Assembly (NCBI GenBank): GCA_050950505.1
Contig: JBMNHS010000001.1
Coordinates: 576,001-640,000 of the forward strand
Direction: 5' to 3'
DNA from: Candidatus Methanomethylophilaceae archaeon
GTDB lineage: Archaea; Thermoplasmatota; Thermoplasmata; Methanomassiliicoccales; Methanomethylophilaceae
DNA: 64,000 bases
The notes beneath the pieces are model-generated. The model was not told the origin of the DNA. It saw only the letters and a list, made by a program, of their open reading frames with translations, and made no database searches. Below are positions 9,677 through 19,724 of the stretch, piece by piece (position 1 is the first letter of the stretch; every line of letters starts with the position of its first letter). Position numbers and translations under genes: made by a program.

Positions 9677-10416
9677 TGGCGATGAAATATTTGGATAAAT
9701 ATCCCAGGAGTACCGCCAAAAGACTGTGGGTGCTCAAACCTCTGTGGAGCACGATTAAATTGTTCTCCAAGACGGCCGTTCGCAGGCCGGTCACCATCCA
9801 GTATCCTTATGAGAAGGAATGGCTGCCCGACAATTACAGGGGCCGTCCCGGTCTGAGATTCGATATGTGCGTCGGATGCGGTGTGTGTGAGCGCGCCTGT
9901 CCGACCCAATGCATCAAAATGATAGAAGTTCCGGACGACAACGGAAACATGGTAATGAGGCCACAGGTCTTCCTGGGAAGATGTGCATTCTGCGGTTACT
10001 GTGCAGAATTCTGCCCGACCAATGCCATGACCGTTACCCCGGAATACGAACTTGCAGAACTCTATAAGAAAAATCTCTTTTGGGGTCCCCGCAGGCTGCA
10101 TTTCGAAGATACCACCCCGGAAATGGAGGTGCACTACGAAGTGACTCTGCAGTCTGACATCGATGCAGGCAACCCTGAAAAGAGGGTAAGGCCCTTCGAA
10201 GTCGACAATCCGGTTGTCGACGAAGGTAAATGCATCGGATGCAAGAAATGTGAAAGAGTTTGTCCGACCGGAGCTGTTACTATGATAGAGAAGGGAGTAA
10301 ATGAGAAAGGAAAGCCGAAACTTGTTCCGGTTTTCAGTCATGACAAATGCATCTGTTGTGAACAGTGCGTCATTGGCTGTCCCAAAGACTGTATCCATAT
10401 TGAGGAGGTTCTCTGA
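9676..10416 (+). CDS. fpoI: Fpo/complex I-like subunit I with an extra C-terminal 2x[4Fe-4S] domain
   Basis: TIQYP..YRG followed by four CxxCxxCxxxCP motifs. Confidence 0.92.
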   Translation: MAMKYLDKYPRSTAKRLWVLKPLWSTIKLFSKTAVRRPVTIQYPYEKEWLPDNYRGRPGLRFDMCVGCGVCERACPTQCIKMIEVPDDNGNMVMRPQVFLGRCAFCGYCAEFCPTNAMTVTPEYELAELYKKNLFWGPRRLHFEDTTPEMEVHYEVTLQSDIDAGNPEKRVRPFEVDNPVVDEGKCIGCKKCERVCPTGAVTMIEKGVNEKGKPKLVPVFSHDKCICCEQCVIGCPKDCIHIEEVL

Positions 10417-10736
10417 TGGGAATATTCGATGGCGTCTGGGATTACTTTTCCTTCCTTCAGTCAAACATAGACTTGGTGATATTCCTCGTGATTGCAGCAA
10501 TAGGCGTGACCGCGGCGCTCTTTGTCGTTGCCGACAAGGAGCCGATGCACAGTGCATTCTATCTTGCCCTGGTGTTCGTCATAGTGGCGGTCATGTTCTT
10601 CCTGCTCGAAGCGGAATTCATGGCTATCGTACAGATGTTCGTCTATGTCGGAGCAATAACGATATTGTTCGCCTTCAGCATCATGCTGACAAGGAGATAT
10701 ATCATGAAACCGGGAGGTGATGAACATGATGACTAA
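10416..10736 (+). CDS. fpoJ: Fpo subunit J, N-terminal part (J1)
   Basis: HSAFYL, AEF.AIVQ..VYVGAI. Confidence 0.9.
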   Translation: MGIFDGVWDYFSFLQSNIDLVIFLVIAAIGVTAALFVVADKEPMHSAFYLALVFVIVAVMFFLLEAEFMAIVQMFVYVGAITILFAFSIMLTRRYIMKPGGDEHDD

Positions 10737-11022
10737 GAGGAAATTGATCGGAGCGGTGGTAGCCGTCTTCGCTCTCACTGTGCTTGCGTCGGCAGTGTTC
10801 GCCACAGGCTGGGGAGACCTTACAGTCAATGATTCTCCTGAGAGGCTTCCGACGTTCGATCCTTACGAGGATGAAAATGAAATCAGCACCGACTCGTTGA
10901 CCTATGTGGTCTTCGAGACCTACGGACCCATGGTGGCTTTGCTGTCTTTGGTCATGTTCGGGGCAATGGTCGGTGCAATATGCGTCGCGAAAGAGGAGGT
11001 GGATGACGATGATACCAATTGA
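10726..11022 (+). CDS. fpoJ: Fpo subunit J, C-terminal part (J2)
   Basis: F..Y...V.LLSLV...AMVGAI pattern of the NuoJ C-terminus; GGAGGTGA RBS. Confidence 0.8.
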   Translation: MMTKRKLIGAVVAVFALTVLASAVFATGWGDLTVNDSPERLPTFDPYEDENEISTDSLTYVVFETYGPMVALLSLVMFGAMVGAICVAKEEVDDDDTN

Positions 11023-11311
11023 ATTCTTCCTCATGTTTGCGGCAATCCTGTTTGTCATAGGCATTTACGGGATTATGACCAAAAACAACGCGATTGTTGT
11101 GTTGATGTGCATCGAGATGGTACTCAACGCAGCCAACATGAACCTGGTTACGTTCGCCGCATACAACGGCGCGATAATGGGACAGGTGTTCGTATTGTTC
11201 ACCGTCGCCGTCGCCGCCTGTGAAGTGGCGGTGGGAATTGCGATAATGCTCAACGTGTACAAGGTGAAAAAGACGACCGTAATAGACGATCTTACGGAAT
11301 TGAGGTGGTAA
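11009..11311 (+). CDS. fpoK: Fpo/complex I-like subunit K
   Basis: LMCIEMVLNAAN, AACEVAVG. Confidence 0.93.
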   Translation: MIPIEFFLMFAAILFVIGIYGIMTKNNAIVVLMCIEMVLNAANMNLVTFAAYNGAIMGQVFVLFTVAVAACEVAVGIAIMLNVYKVKKTTVIDDLTELRW

Positions 11312-11312
11312 G

Positions 11313-13346
11313 ATGTTCATAGAATATACATGGCTTATACCGGCGATTCCGCTGGTGATGTTCGTACTGATCGGTCTCTTTTCGAGAGGCGAGAAAAACT
11401 ACGGAGGTGCGTTTGCCGTATTGGGCGCACTCGCCACCCTGGTAATTTCCGCCCTCGTTGCATACGAGTTCCTTACGGGTGATGCGTACACCACGGTAGG
11501 GTACGTGACCGAATCCGTCAAGTGGTTCTCCATCGGAGGATTTGAAATTACATTGGGTTACTATGTGGACGGACTGACATGTCTGATGTTGATCTTCTCC
11601 ACGCTGATTTCCCTGTTGATTTTCATATACTCTCTGGGTTACATGGATGATCAGGGTAAAAGAAAGAAGAGATACTACGCAGAAATCAGCCTGTTCCTTG
11701 CGGGAATGACCGGACTGGTCATCTCAAACAACTATCTGATGATGTTTGTCTTCTGGGAAGTCATGGGACTGTGTTCGTATCTCCTTATAGGATTCTGGAG
11801 TTTCAAACACCCCGAAGGGGACGAGGCCTCCGACAAAGCCGCATCCGCGGCCAAGAAGGCGTTCATCGTGACCCGTCTCGGAGACGCTTCATTGATGGCG
11901 GGTCTGTTCGTTCTGCTTTATGCGTTCAACACTCTGGACTTCGTCACATTGTTCGATGCTTCCATAATCGAAACCATCGACAAGAATCTGTTAGTGATCG
12001 GAACTCTCCTGCTCTTCGGCGGTGCAATCGGTAAGAGTGCACAGTTCCCGTTGCAGGATTGGTTGCCGGACGCAATGGCCGGTCCGACCACGGTTTCCGC
12101 GTTGATACACGCCGCCACCATGGTCAAGGCAGGTGTTTACCTGGTTGCCAGAAGCTTCCCCCTGTTCACACAGTCCATGGAAGTGATGCTGGTCGTTGGA
12201 TTGATCGGAGGCATAACCGCAATACTTGCGGCATCGATGGCTCTGGTCAACGACAACATCAAACAGGTTCTCGCGTTCTCGACGATTTCGCAGTTGGGAT
12301 ACATGTTCATGGCTCTGGGAGCCGGCGGTTATATGTTTGCTCTCGGTATTGCAGAGAACGACACCGCCCTTGTGGCCCTCGGAGCCCTCGGATACACCGC
12401 AGGTGTGTTCCACATGTTCAACCACGCTTTCTTCAAAGCGCAGCTGTTCTTGGGTTCCGGTTCGGTGATACATTCCACGGGCACAGAAGACATGAGGGAG
12501 ATGGGAGGACTCCGACATAAGATGAAGAGCACGTCAACAACAATGTTGATCGGTTCTCTGTCCATAGCCGGATTCCCCTTCTTCAGCGGATTCTGGTCCA
12601 AAGATCTCGTGCTCGCAAGTGTGCTGGATGCCGGAGCTTACGGCCCCGAAGGATACGTCTTCGCCATAGTATGGATAATGGGAATAATCACGGTCTTCAT
12701 GACTGCGTTCTACATGTTCCGCATGTGGTACATGACCTTCGGCGGTCCCGAGGGACCAAAGACGGAAACCTGTCACGGCGAGTCTCCGAAATCCATGACC
12801 ATACCTCTCTGGGTGCTTGCGATATTCGCGTTTGCATCCGGATTCCTGCTGTTGTTCGGTCTGGACGGTATGATTACCATAGATTCCAACTTCCTGGTGG
12901 GAACCCTCGCGGGAGAAGGTGCGATATACTGGCTTGAACACATGTTCCTCAACCCGTACACCTATCTGTCCATCGTGCTTGCTTTGGGCGGCATATACAT
13001 CGCCTATCTCATGTACGGAAAGTTCGCTGCCAATCCCGGAAGATTCAACAGAGAAGGAACTTCCTGGTTGTACAACGCACTCGAAAAGAGATGGTGGTTC
13101 CCGCAGTTCTACAACTGGCTGTCCTGGACGTTCGGTTACGGCGTGGGCAAAGCTGTCAACAGCTTCGACAAACATGTTGTCGATGGTGCGGTTAACGGTG
13201 TGGCCAGCGTAATCGTCGGATCCGGTGAAGTCGGTAAGCGCGCGCAGACCGGTAATGTAGGAAACTACACATCGGTGATAATGATAGGAATGGCAGTGAT
13301 CGGTGCCACCATCCTGCTATTGGCTCACTTCTTGGGAGGTATGTAA
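11313..13346 (+). CDS. fpoL: Fpo/complex I-like antiporter subunit L
   Basis: KSAQFPL..WLPDAMAGPTTVSALIHAATMV, HAFFKA. Confidence 0.95.
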   Translation: MFIEYTWLIPAIPLVMFVLIGLFSRGEKNYGGAFAVLGALATLVISALVAYEFLTGDAYTTVGYVTESVKWFSIGGFEITLGYYVDGLTCLMLIFSTLISLLIFIYSLGYMDDQGKRKKRYYAEISLFLAGMTGLVISNNYLMMFVFWEVMGLCSYLLIGFWSFKHPEGDEASDKAASAAKKAFIVTRLGDASLMAGLFVLLYAFNTLDFVTLFDASIIETIDKNLLVIGTLLLFGGAIGKSAQFPLQDWLPDAMAGPTTVSALIHAATMVKAGVYLVARSFPLFTQSMEVMLVVGLIGGITAILAASMALVNDNIKQVLAFSTISQLGYMFMALGAGGYMFALGIAENDTALVALGALGYTAGVFHMFNHAFFKAQLFLGSGSVIHSTGTEDMREMGGLRHKMKSTSTTMLIGSLSIAGFPFFSGFWSKDLVLASVLDAGAYGPEGYVFAIVWIMGIITVFMTAFYMFRMWYMTFGGPEGPKTETCHGESPKSMTIPLWVLAIFAFASGFLLLFGLDGMITIDSNFLVGTLAGEGAIYWLEHMFLNPYTYLSIVLALGGIYIAYLMYGKFAANPGRFNREGTSWLYNALEKRWWFPQFYNWLSWTFGYGVGKAVNSFDKHVVDGAVNGVASVIVGSGEVGKRAQTGNVGNYTSVIMIGMAVIGATILLLAHFLGGM

Positions 13347-14912
13347 GTGTTCGATGAAATCCCCATACTCACGCTGATGCTCGTGATTCCTCTGGTAGGA
13401 TCGCTGCTGACGCTGATGATGGGTAAGAGTAAACAAAAATTCGCCAAATATGTGGCCGGAATATTCTCCGGTATAGTCCTCATATTGGCTACTCTCCTCT
13501 TGTTTGAGGAGAACGTGGCGGCACTTGCAGAAAACCATGTGTGGATTGAAGCGGCGAACATCCAGATTTCCTATATACTGGAAATCGACGGAATGAGCAA
13601 ACTGATGGTCTTCCTGACCGCTCTGCTCATCTTCCTTGTGGTGGTGTTCTCCGCAGCTGAAAGTGATAAGCCCAACTACTATCACACGTTGGTCATGTTG
13701 ATGCAGGTCGGTCTCATGGGAGTTTATCTCTCGGCGGACTACTTCCTGTTCTACATAATGTGGGAGGTCACACTGATCCCCATGTACTTCATGATCTCGT
13801 GGTATGGAGGACCGAGGAGGCACTATGCCGCAATCAAGTTCTTCATATACACACACGTGGCGAGCCTGGTGATGCTCATCGGTATATTCGCGATGACATT
13901 CGAGGCTGCCGCATTGACCGGGAGCTCCGTGGTGAGCTTTGCATTCGCGGATGTAGCGGCCGCAGCGTCTCTCTTCGCAAGCGGATTCCAGGCACTGGTG
14001 TTCGGACTGCTGTTCTTCGGATTTGCGGTCAAAATGCCCATGGTGCCGTTCCATACCTGGCTTCCCGATGCCCACGTCGAAGCGCCTACCGGCGGTTCGG
14101 TGCTGTTGGCCGGTGTCATGCTTAAGATGGGAACATACGGTATAATCAGGGTGGCATTGAACGTCTTCCCCGAAGGCGCTCTCTGGTGGGCCGAGGCATT
14201 GATGGTCTTGGCTCTGATATCCATCGTCTACGGCGCGTACGCCTGTATCGCACAGACGGACCTGAAGAAGATGGTGGCATACTCGTCGATCAACCACATG
14301 GGTATGGTCCTGCTCGGTATCGCCGCATCTTTGCTTTACGTGAAGTATACGGATCCGGCCGAAGTCGTAGAAAGCCTCGCATCCCTGGGAATCGTGTTCG
14401 CGGTCTTCCAGATGTTTGCCCACGGTCTCGTTACCGCGGTACTGTTCATGGTCTGCGGTTACACTGGAGATGCCACAGGCACGAGGGAAATGCCGTTGCT
14501 CGGAGGTCTGGCGTCAAAGATGCCCATACTCGCGACGTTCATGATGATAGGATTCATGGCGTCCTTGGGTCTGCCGGGTCTTGTCGGGTTCTGGGGTGAG
14601 TTCGGAGTGATATTCTCCTTCTACGTCGGAGCCAAGGCATACGGCCACGCATGGCTGATAATCTTCTGTCTGCTGTCCATAATGCTGAATGCCGGATTCT
14701 ATATCTGGGCAATGCAGCGTACACTGTTCGGCAGAGAAACGAAGAAGATCGACACGTCCAAACTGCGCGATGTGGGCAAGGCGCAAGGGTTCTCCCTTGC
14801 CGTCCTGTGCATATTCCTTGCACTGTTCGGTATGTGGCCTGACCTGGCGTTGGGAGTGATCGAACCGTTTGCGGACAGCTTTATGCAAATCTTCCAGGGG
14901 GCATTGCCATGA
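13347..14912 (+). CDS. fpoM: Fpo/complex I-like antiporter subunit M
   Basis: KMPMVPFHTWLPDAHVEAPT, LKMGTYG, AYSS..HMG; GTG start. Confidence 0.95.
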   Translation: MFDEIPILTLMLVIPLVGSLLTLMMGKSKQKFAKYVAGIFSGIVLILATLLLFEENVAALAENHVWIEAANIQISYILEIDGMSKLMVFLTALLIFLVVVFSAAESDKPNYYHTLVMLMQVGLMGVYLSADYFLFYIMWEVTLIPMYFMISWYGGPRRHYAAIKFFIYTHVASLVMLIGIFAMTFEAAALTGSSVVSFAFADVAAAASLFASGFQALVFGLLFFGFAVKMPMVPFHTWLPDAHVEAPTGGSVLLAGVMLKMGTYGIIRVALNVFPEGALWWAEALMVLALISIVYGAYACIAQTDLKKMVAYSSINHMGMVLLGIAASLLYVKYTDPAEVVESLASLGIVFAVFQMFAHGLVTAVLFMVCGYTGDATGTREMPLLGGLASKMPILATFMMIGFMASLGLPGLVGFWGEFGVIFSFYVGAKAYGHAWLIIFCLLSIMLNAGFYIWAMQRTLFGRETKKIDTSKLRDVGKAQGFSLAVLCIFLALFGMWPDLALGVIEPFADSFMQIFQGALP

Positions 14913-16417
14913 ATATAGACATAAGTTCACTGACTGAAGCATTCGACAGTATCGCTCCGATCTGGCCGATTGTAGTACTGATAATAGGAGCACTGCTGAT
15001 GCCTGCATTCCAGATTCTCTTCAAGAGAAGAAAAGTGACCGCAGGCGCGGCGTTGATATTCGTGGCCGTATCCGCATGTCTCAACGTGCAGATGTTGATT
15101 GACGGTTATACCGGCAATTACCACGGACTGTTTGATTACGATGCGTTCTCCGGATTGATGATTGTCCTGTTCCAGGCGGTCGCCTTCATTACCATATTGA
15201 TGTCTTCCGTCAGCAGAGAAACCACTGTAAAACACGTCGGCGCGTTCTACGCACTGCTGTTGGTGGCAACTTCCGGTATGTGTTTCGTCGCAACCGCAAC
15301 CGACTTGCTGACAATCTTTGTCGGAGTCGAAATGGTAAGCATACCCTCCTACGCCATGGTGGCCCTCAAGAGAAACGACTCCAGAGCTGCCGAGGCCGCG
15401 GTCAAGTACGTCATTGTCGGAGGCCTGTCCTCCGGTTTGACCGTATACGGTATATCCATGCTGTTCGGACTTGCCGGAACCACCAACATACTGGGAATAG
15501 CGGAACACATTGCCGCCACCGGCATTACCGCTGCTTTCGCCATAGCCCTTGCGACGATGATCGCGGGTTACGGATTCAAGATAGCGGCAGTACCGTTCCA
15601 CATGTGGGCTCCCGATGTTTACGAAGGAGCCGCAACGCCGGTATCCGTGTTCCTGTCCACAGGTTCGAAGAAAATGGGCATAGTGGTGTTCATCAAGATC
15701 TTCTTCGTGATGTTCATCGTGATACAGTCGTCCTACAGCGAATTCACCGAAAGCATGCAGTATCTGTTCGCAATCATTGCGGCGGTTACCATGACCGTAG
15801 GCAACGTTGTGGCGATTGCCCAGACGAACGTGAAAAGGATGCTCGCTTACTCATCCATCGCCCAGGCGGGTTACATGTTAATCGCTTTGGCGGTGCTCAG
15901 TGAGTGGGCGCTCACCGGTGCGGTATTCTACATGTTCGCCCACGTCTTCATGAAGGGCGGGGCGTTCATCATAGTCGGCATACTGATTCACGCAGGTGTC
16001 GGAGAAACACTCAAGGACTACAGAGGACTTGCAAAGAGGGCACCCTTGCTTTCCGCATTGATGCTGATCTTCCTGTTCTCTCTTGCAGGAATACCCCCGT
16101 TGGGAGGTTTCACCGCCAAGTTCTTCCTGTTCTCCGCGGCAGTCGTGACAGAACCTACCGGAGTAGTGTCCTCTCAGTGGATCTGGTTGGCCTTTGTGGC
16201 GGTCATCAACTCTGCGATTTCGCTGTACTATTATGCGAAGGTCGTAAAGGCGATGTACATCGAGAAAGGCTCCACGGAAGAAAGGTTCAAGGCACCTTAT
16301 GCGATGACCTTCGCCGCGATACTTTGTGTGTTGGGCGTAATCATCATGGGTGTTTACCCCGGACCCATACTCGACTACTGTGCCCAGGCAGCGTCTGCAA
16401 TAATGTCACTGCTTTGA
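14909..16417 (+). CDS. fpoN: Fpo/complex I-like antiporter subunit N
   Basis: FKIAAVPFHMWAPDVYEGA, KRMLAYSSI, SLAGIPPLGGF. Confidence 0.95.
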   Translation: MNIDISSLTEAFDSIAPIWPIVVLIIGALLMPAFQILFKRRKVTAGAALIFVAVSACLNVQMLIDGYTGNYHGLFDYDAFSGLMIVLFQAVAFITILMSSVSRETTVKHVGAFYALLLVATSGMCFVATATDLLTIFVGVEMVSIPSYAMVALKRNDSRAAEAAVKYVIVGGLSSGLTVYGISMLFGLAGTTNILGIAEHIAATGITAAFAIALATMIAGYGFKIAAVPFHMWAPDVYEGAATPVSVFLSTGSKKMGIVVFIKIFFVMFIVIQSSYSEFTESMQYLFAIIAAVTMTVGNVVAIAQTNVKRMLAYSSIAQAGYMLIALAVLSEWALTGAVFYMFAHVFMKGGAFIIVGILIHAGVGETLKDYRGLAKRAPLLSALMLIFLFSLAGIPPLGGFTAKFFLFSAAVVTEPTGVVSSQWIWLAFVAVINSAISLYYYAKVVKAMYIEKGSTEERFKAPYAMTFAAILCVLGVIIMGVYPGPILDYCAQAASAIMSLL

Positions 16418-16440
16418 GCGGAAGGAAAAAACCATTTCAT

Positions 16441-16473
16441 ACCGCCCCTCAGGGGGCGGTTTCAATTTTAATT
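16441..16473 (+). terminator. Hairpin plus U-rich tract ending the fpo operon
   Basis: ACCGCCCC-tcag-GGGGCGGT perfect 8-bp stem followed by ttcaattttaatt. Confidence 0.75.
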
Positions 16474-16544
16474 GCCTTGCTTGTACCCAGTTGCCGTTTT
16501 CGTATTGAAAAGCATTAAGTAGATTACACTCTTCACTCAAAACC

Positions 16545-17510
16545 ATGTCAAACCTTTGGCACGATTGCATATCCAATGAATTGGATGAGGTTGAGCGGAT
16601 CATGAAGGAAGTTCTTTCTTCAGAGAACCCCGAACTCACAGAAATGTGCAATTACGTCATCGAAGCAGGCGGAAAGAGAATCAGGCCTGCGGTATGCATT
16701 CTCGCTTATTATGCATCCGGCGGAAAAGATCCGAAAAGGGCAATCGAAATAGGCGCCGCTTACGAAGTGGTTCACAATGCCACCCTCATACATGATGACA
16801 TAAACGATCAAGGCGAACTCAGAAGAGGCCGCAAAGCCCTCTACAAAGAATATTCCATCAGCAAATCAATTATCGCGGGGGATTTCATGTTCGCCATGGG
16901 ATTCAGGCTCATAGGCGCCACTGCCCCGGACATAGTGGACTTCGTCGTCGATGCTTCCGCGGCAATGAGTTCCGGCGAATTCATTCAGAAAAAATTCGAA
17001 AACAAATCAACGGTGACCGAAGAGGATTATTTCGAAATCATCGAAGGCAAAACCGCTTCTTTGATCTCTTCATCGGCAAAGTCGGGATCGTTCCTTGCCG
17101 GTGCGGATCACGACATCATCGATGCATTCGGCGAATACGCCATGGCTCTGGGAAAAGCATTCCAAATCATCGATGACACTTTGGACATCATCGGTGACAC
17201 CGATACCACCGGAAAGATGGTCGGAGTCGACCTGATCGAAGGAAAACCCACCCTTCCGATTATTTACGCCATGCAGAATTCCGAACACGGACAGAAGATT
17301 AAAGATGTGTTCGAAAAAGAAGAAGTCAGCATGAAATCCGTCGATAAAATCATCCAGCTGATAAAGGAAACGGATTCGATAAAAAGGTGCAGATACAAAG
17401 CCATGGAGATTCTCACCGAAGCGAGAGGGCATCTCGAAGTCATAGAGGATTCCGATTACAAGAAGGCCCTTTTGTCTTTGGGAGACTACATCGTAACAAG
17501 GAATCGGTGA
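16545..17510 (+). CDS. trans-polyprenyl diphosphate synthase, probably long-chain type
   Basis: GGKRIRP, FARM HNATLIHDDIND, RRG, SARM FQIIDDTLD, GKPTLP. Confidence 0.9.
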   Translation: MSNLWHDCISNELDEVERIMKEVLSSENPELTEMCNYVIEAGGKRIRPAVCILAYYASGGKDPKRAIEIGAAYEVVHNATLIHDDINDQGELRRGRKALYKEYSISKSIIAGDFMFAMGFRLIGATAPDIVDFVVDASAAMSSGEFIQKKFENKSTVTEEDYFEIIEGKTASLISSSAKSGSFLAGADHDIIDAFGEYAMALGKAFQIIDDTLDIIGDTDTTGKMVGVDLIEGKPTLPIIYAMQNSEHGQKIKDVFEKEEVSMKSVDKIIQLIKETDSIKRCRYKAMEILTEARGHLEVIEDSDYKKALLSLGDYIVTRNR

Positions 17511-17514
17511 TTCC

Positions 17515-18603
17515 GTGATCGAGAAAATTGACGTTCTTGTCGTCGGTGCAGGGCCCGCGGGGAGTGTCGCCGCACGTTATGCCGCCGAGAAAGGCGTTTC
17601 TGTAAAACTCATAGAAAGACGGAAAGAAGTGGGGGTTCCGGTAAGATGCGGGGAACTTATACCCAGTATCGAAGAAACTTTGGGTTCTTTTCCCAAAGTC
17701 GAAGACTTGGAAACCACAATGGAGTTTCCGTCGTCCCTGATTGCCAGGGAAATCGAAGGGATGAGATTCAATTCGCCCAAGGGGAAAATCACCGAATTTC
17801 CCTTCACGGGATGTACCGTGGACCGTGACGGATTCGATCGGTATCTTGCGTCAAAAGCTGTCGATGCCGGAGCGGAACTGGTCACCGGTTGCGGTTTCCT
17901 GAGAATAGAAGACGGCAAAGCGGTTACCGAAGACGGTGTCATAGAATACGGAGTCATAATCGGCGCAGACGGTCCGACTTCGAGAGTTTCCAGGGAACTG
18001 GGACTGCCGGCAAACAGAAACCCCTATCCTGCCGTCACCACCATCGCCGAAGGCGACTTTGAACCTGTGATAGAGATGTTCTTCGGAGGCATTGCACCCG
18101 GGGCATACAGTTGGATAATACCCAAATCCGGATGTGCCAATGTGGGCGTGGGATTTGCACCAAAGTTCTCGCAGGGAAAGCCTACCGAATATTTCAAAAA
18201 TTTTTCGGAAAGAATGGGTTTCAAAATAACCGAAGAGATCAAAGGAAAATTCGTTCCCAGCGAAGGACCCATTTCCAACACCGTCACAGAAAACGGAGCG
18301 CTGGTCGGGGACGCTGCGGGACAGGTTGCTTCCGTTAACGGAGGGGGAATTCCCCAGGCGATGATATCGGCCCGTATCTGCGGCACCGTGGCTGCCGACA
18401 ACGTGCTAAACGGAAGATCCCTTCAGGATTACGACCGGGAGTTCAGAAGAGTTATCGGAGGTCCTCTGAAGACCGCCGCCTTCAACAAGAAACTCGCCGA
18501 TGCGCTGGCATTCAAATCGGACAACAGAACGGATCTCTGCATGTCCATACTCGGAAAAAGAAGAATGGCGAATCTGGTCAGATGCAAACGCATTTTTCCC
18601 TGA
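17515..18603 (+). CDS. Geranylgeranyl reductase family FAD oxidoreductase
   Basis: VVGAGPAGS, VRCGE, GADG, YSWIIPK, VGDAAG, GGGI. Confidence 0.88.
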   Translation: MIEKIDVLVVGAGPAGSVAARYAAEKGVSVKLIERRKEVGVPVRCGELIPSIEETLGSFPKVEDLETTMEFPSSLIAREIEGMRFNSPKGKITEFPFTGCTVDRDGFDRYLASKAVDAGAELVTGCGFLRIEDGKAVTEDGVIEYGVIIGADGPTSRVSRELGLPANRNPYPAVTTIAEGDFEPVIEMFFGGIAPGAYSWIIPKSGCANVGVGFAPKFSQGKPTEYFKNFSERMGFKITEEIKGKFVPSEGPISNTVTENGALVGDAAGQVASVNGGGIPQAMISARICGTVAADNVLNGRSLQDYDREFRRVIGGPLKTAAFNKKLADALAFKSDNRTDLCMSILGKRRMANLVRCKRIFP

Positions 18604-19062
18604 TTATTTTTTTCTGTGAGCCTTTGTTCCGGAACCGCAGATCGGACATTCGTCATAATGTTCTTTGTACCATTTGCCGCATCCGATGCAACGGTAGTTC
18701 CACTTGAATTTTTTTTCAATTCCTTTTGTCCCCACCGGACGGAAGGGAATGCCCATGGATTTTGCGACATTCTGTATGGAATAATCGTCGGAAAGAATCG
18801 TCCCGTTCATGTCCAAAGCCAATGCGAGAACGGATAGGTCCACATCGGACAGCCGCCCGAGATCTCCGGTTCTGCGGGCTTCTTCTTTGACTCTTTTCAT
18901 GGATCCGTCGGTGACGTCCGAGGTTCTCAGCCGATCGTCCCACAACGCGAGTCGGGGATCGTCGTAACGTTTCAGTTCGTCGACCACGCCGGGAGGACAC
19001 AGGAACTCCTCGTCGGGAATCCAATCCATGACAAAGAAGGCGGACGTGTCCAGAATCAACAT
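18604..19062 (-). CDS. nob1: NOB1-family PIN endonuclease with Zn ribbon
   Basis: ILDTSAF, LSDVD, DDYSIQNVA, CIGC...CPICG. Confidence 0.9.
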   Translation of the reverse strand: MLILDTSAFFVMDWIPDEEFLCPPGVVDELKRYDDPRLALWDDRLRTSDVTDGSMKRVKEEARRTGDLGRLSDVDLSVLALALDMNGTILSDDYSIQNVAKSMGIPFRPVGTKGIEKKFKWNYRCIGCGKWYKEHYDECPICGSGTKAHRKK

Positions 19063-19151
19063 GGGTTCTGATTACTCACATAGATTATCTATATTGTCCC
19101 AAATCAAGCAAAGATTAAACAAGGGATACTCAATCCGATTTTTGATATGTT

Positions 19152-19724
19152 ATGGATGCCCGGGGCGTAATCGAAATAATGGTAATAGGATTGTGGGTGT
19201 TTCTTCCCGCGATGTTGCCGAATTCCGCGGCAGTCGTTTTCGGCGGAGGAACCAAAGTCGATTTCGGCAGGTCTTGGAGAGGCAAAAGAATATTCGGAGA
19301 CGGAAAAACATGGAGAGGTCTCTTCGGCGGTGCTTTGTCAGGCATCGTTTTGGGTCTGATTCTGATGGGGATCTCCCATTCTTTCGACCCCAACAACCAC
19401 TGGGGATTCGGTTCTTTCGAACAGGGTGCCCTGATAATCACCACTCTGGCTTTCGGAGCGGTTCTGGGCGATCTTCTGGGCGCGTTCATCAAGAGAAGAA
19501 TGGGTCTCGAGAGAGGGGAAAAGGCACCCTTTCTGGATCAGTACGATTTTGTGTTGGGGGCTTTCCTGCTGACCGCGGTATTCAATCCTCACTGGGTCTA
19601 CGGAACGTATTTTGCCGGATGGCACCTGTCCGCTTTCCTGTTCCTGCTGTTCATAATGTTCGGACTGCACCGCACGGCAAACATAATAGGTTACAAGATG
19701 GGTCTTAAGAAGGAGCCCTGGTGA
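19152..19724 (+). CDS. carS: CDP-archaeol synthase
   Basis: PAMLPNS, GDGKTWRG, GDLLGAFIKRR.G..RG...PFLDQ, C-terminal K.EPW. Confidence 0.92.
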   Translation: MDARGVIEIMVIGLWVFLPAMLPNSAAVVFGGGTKVDFGRSWRGKRIFGDGKTWRGLFGGALSGIVLGLILMGISHSFDPNNHWGFGSFEQGALIITTLAFGAVLGDLLGAFIKRRMGLERGEKAPFLDQYDFVLGAFLLTAVFNPHWVYGTYFAGWHLSAFLFLLFIMFGLHRTANIIGYKMGLKKEPW

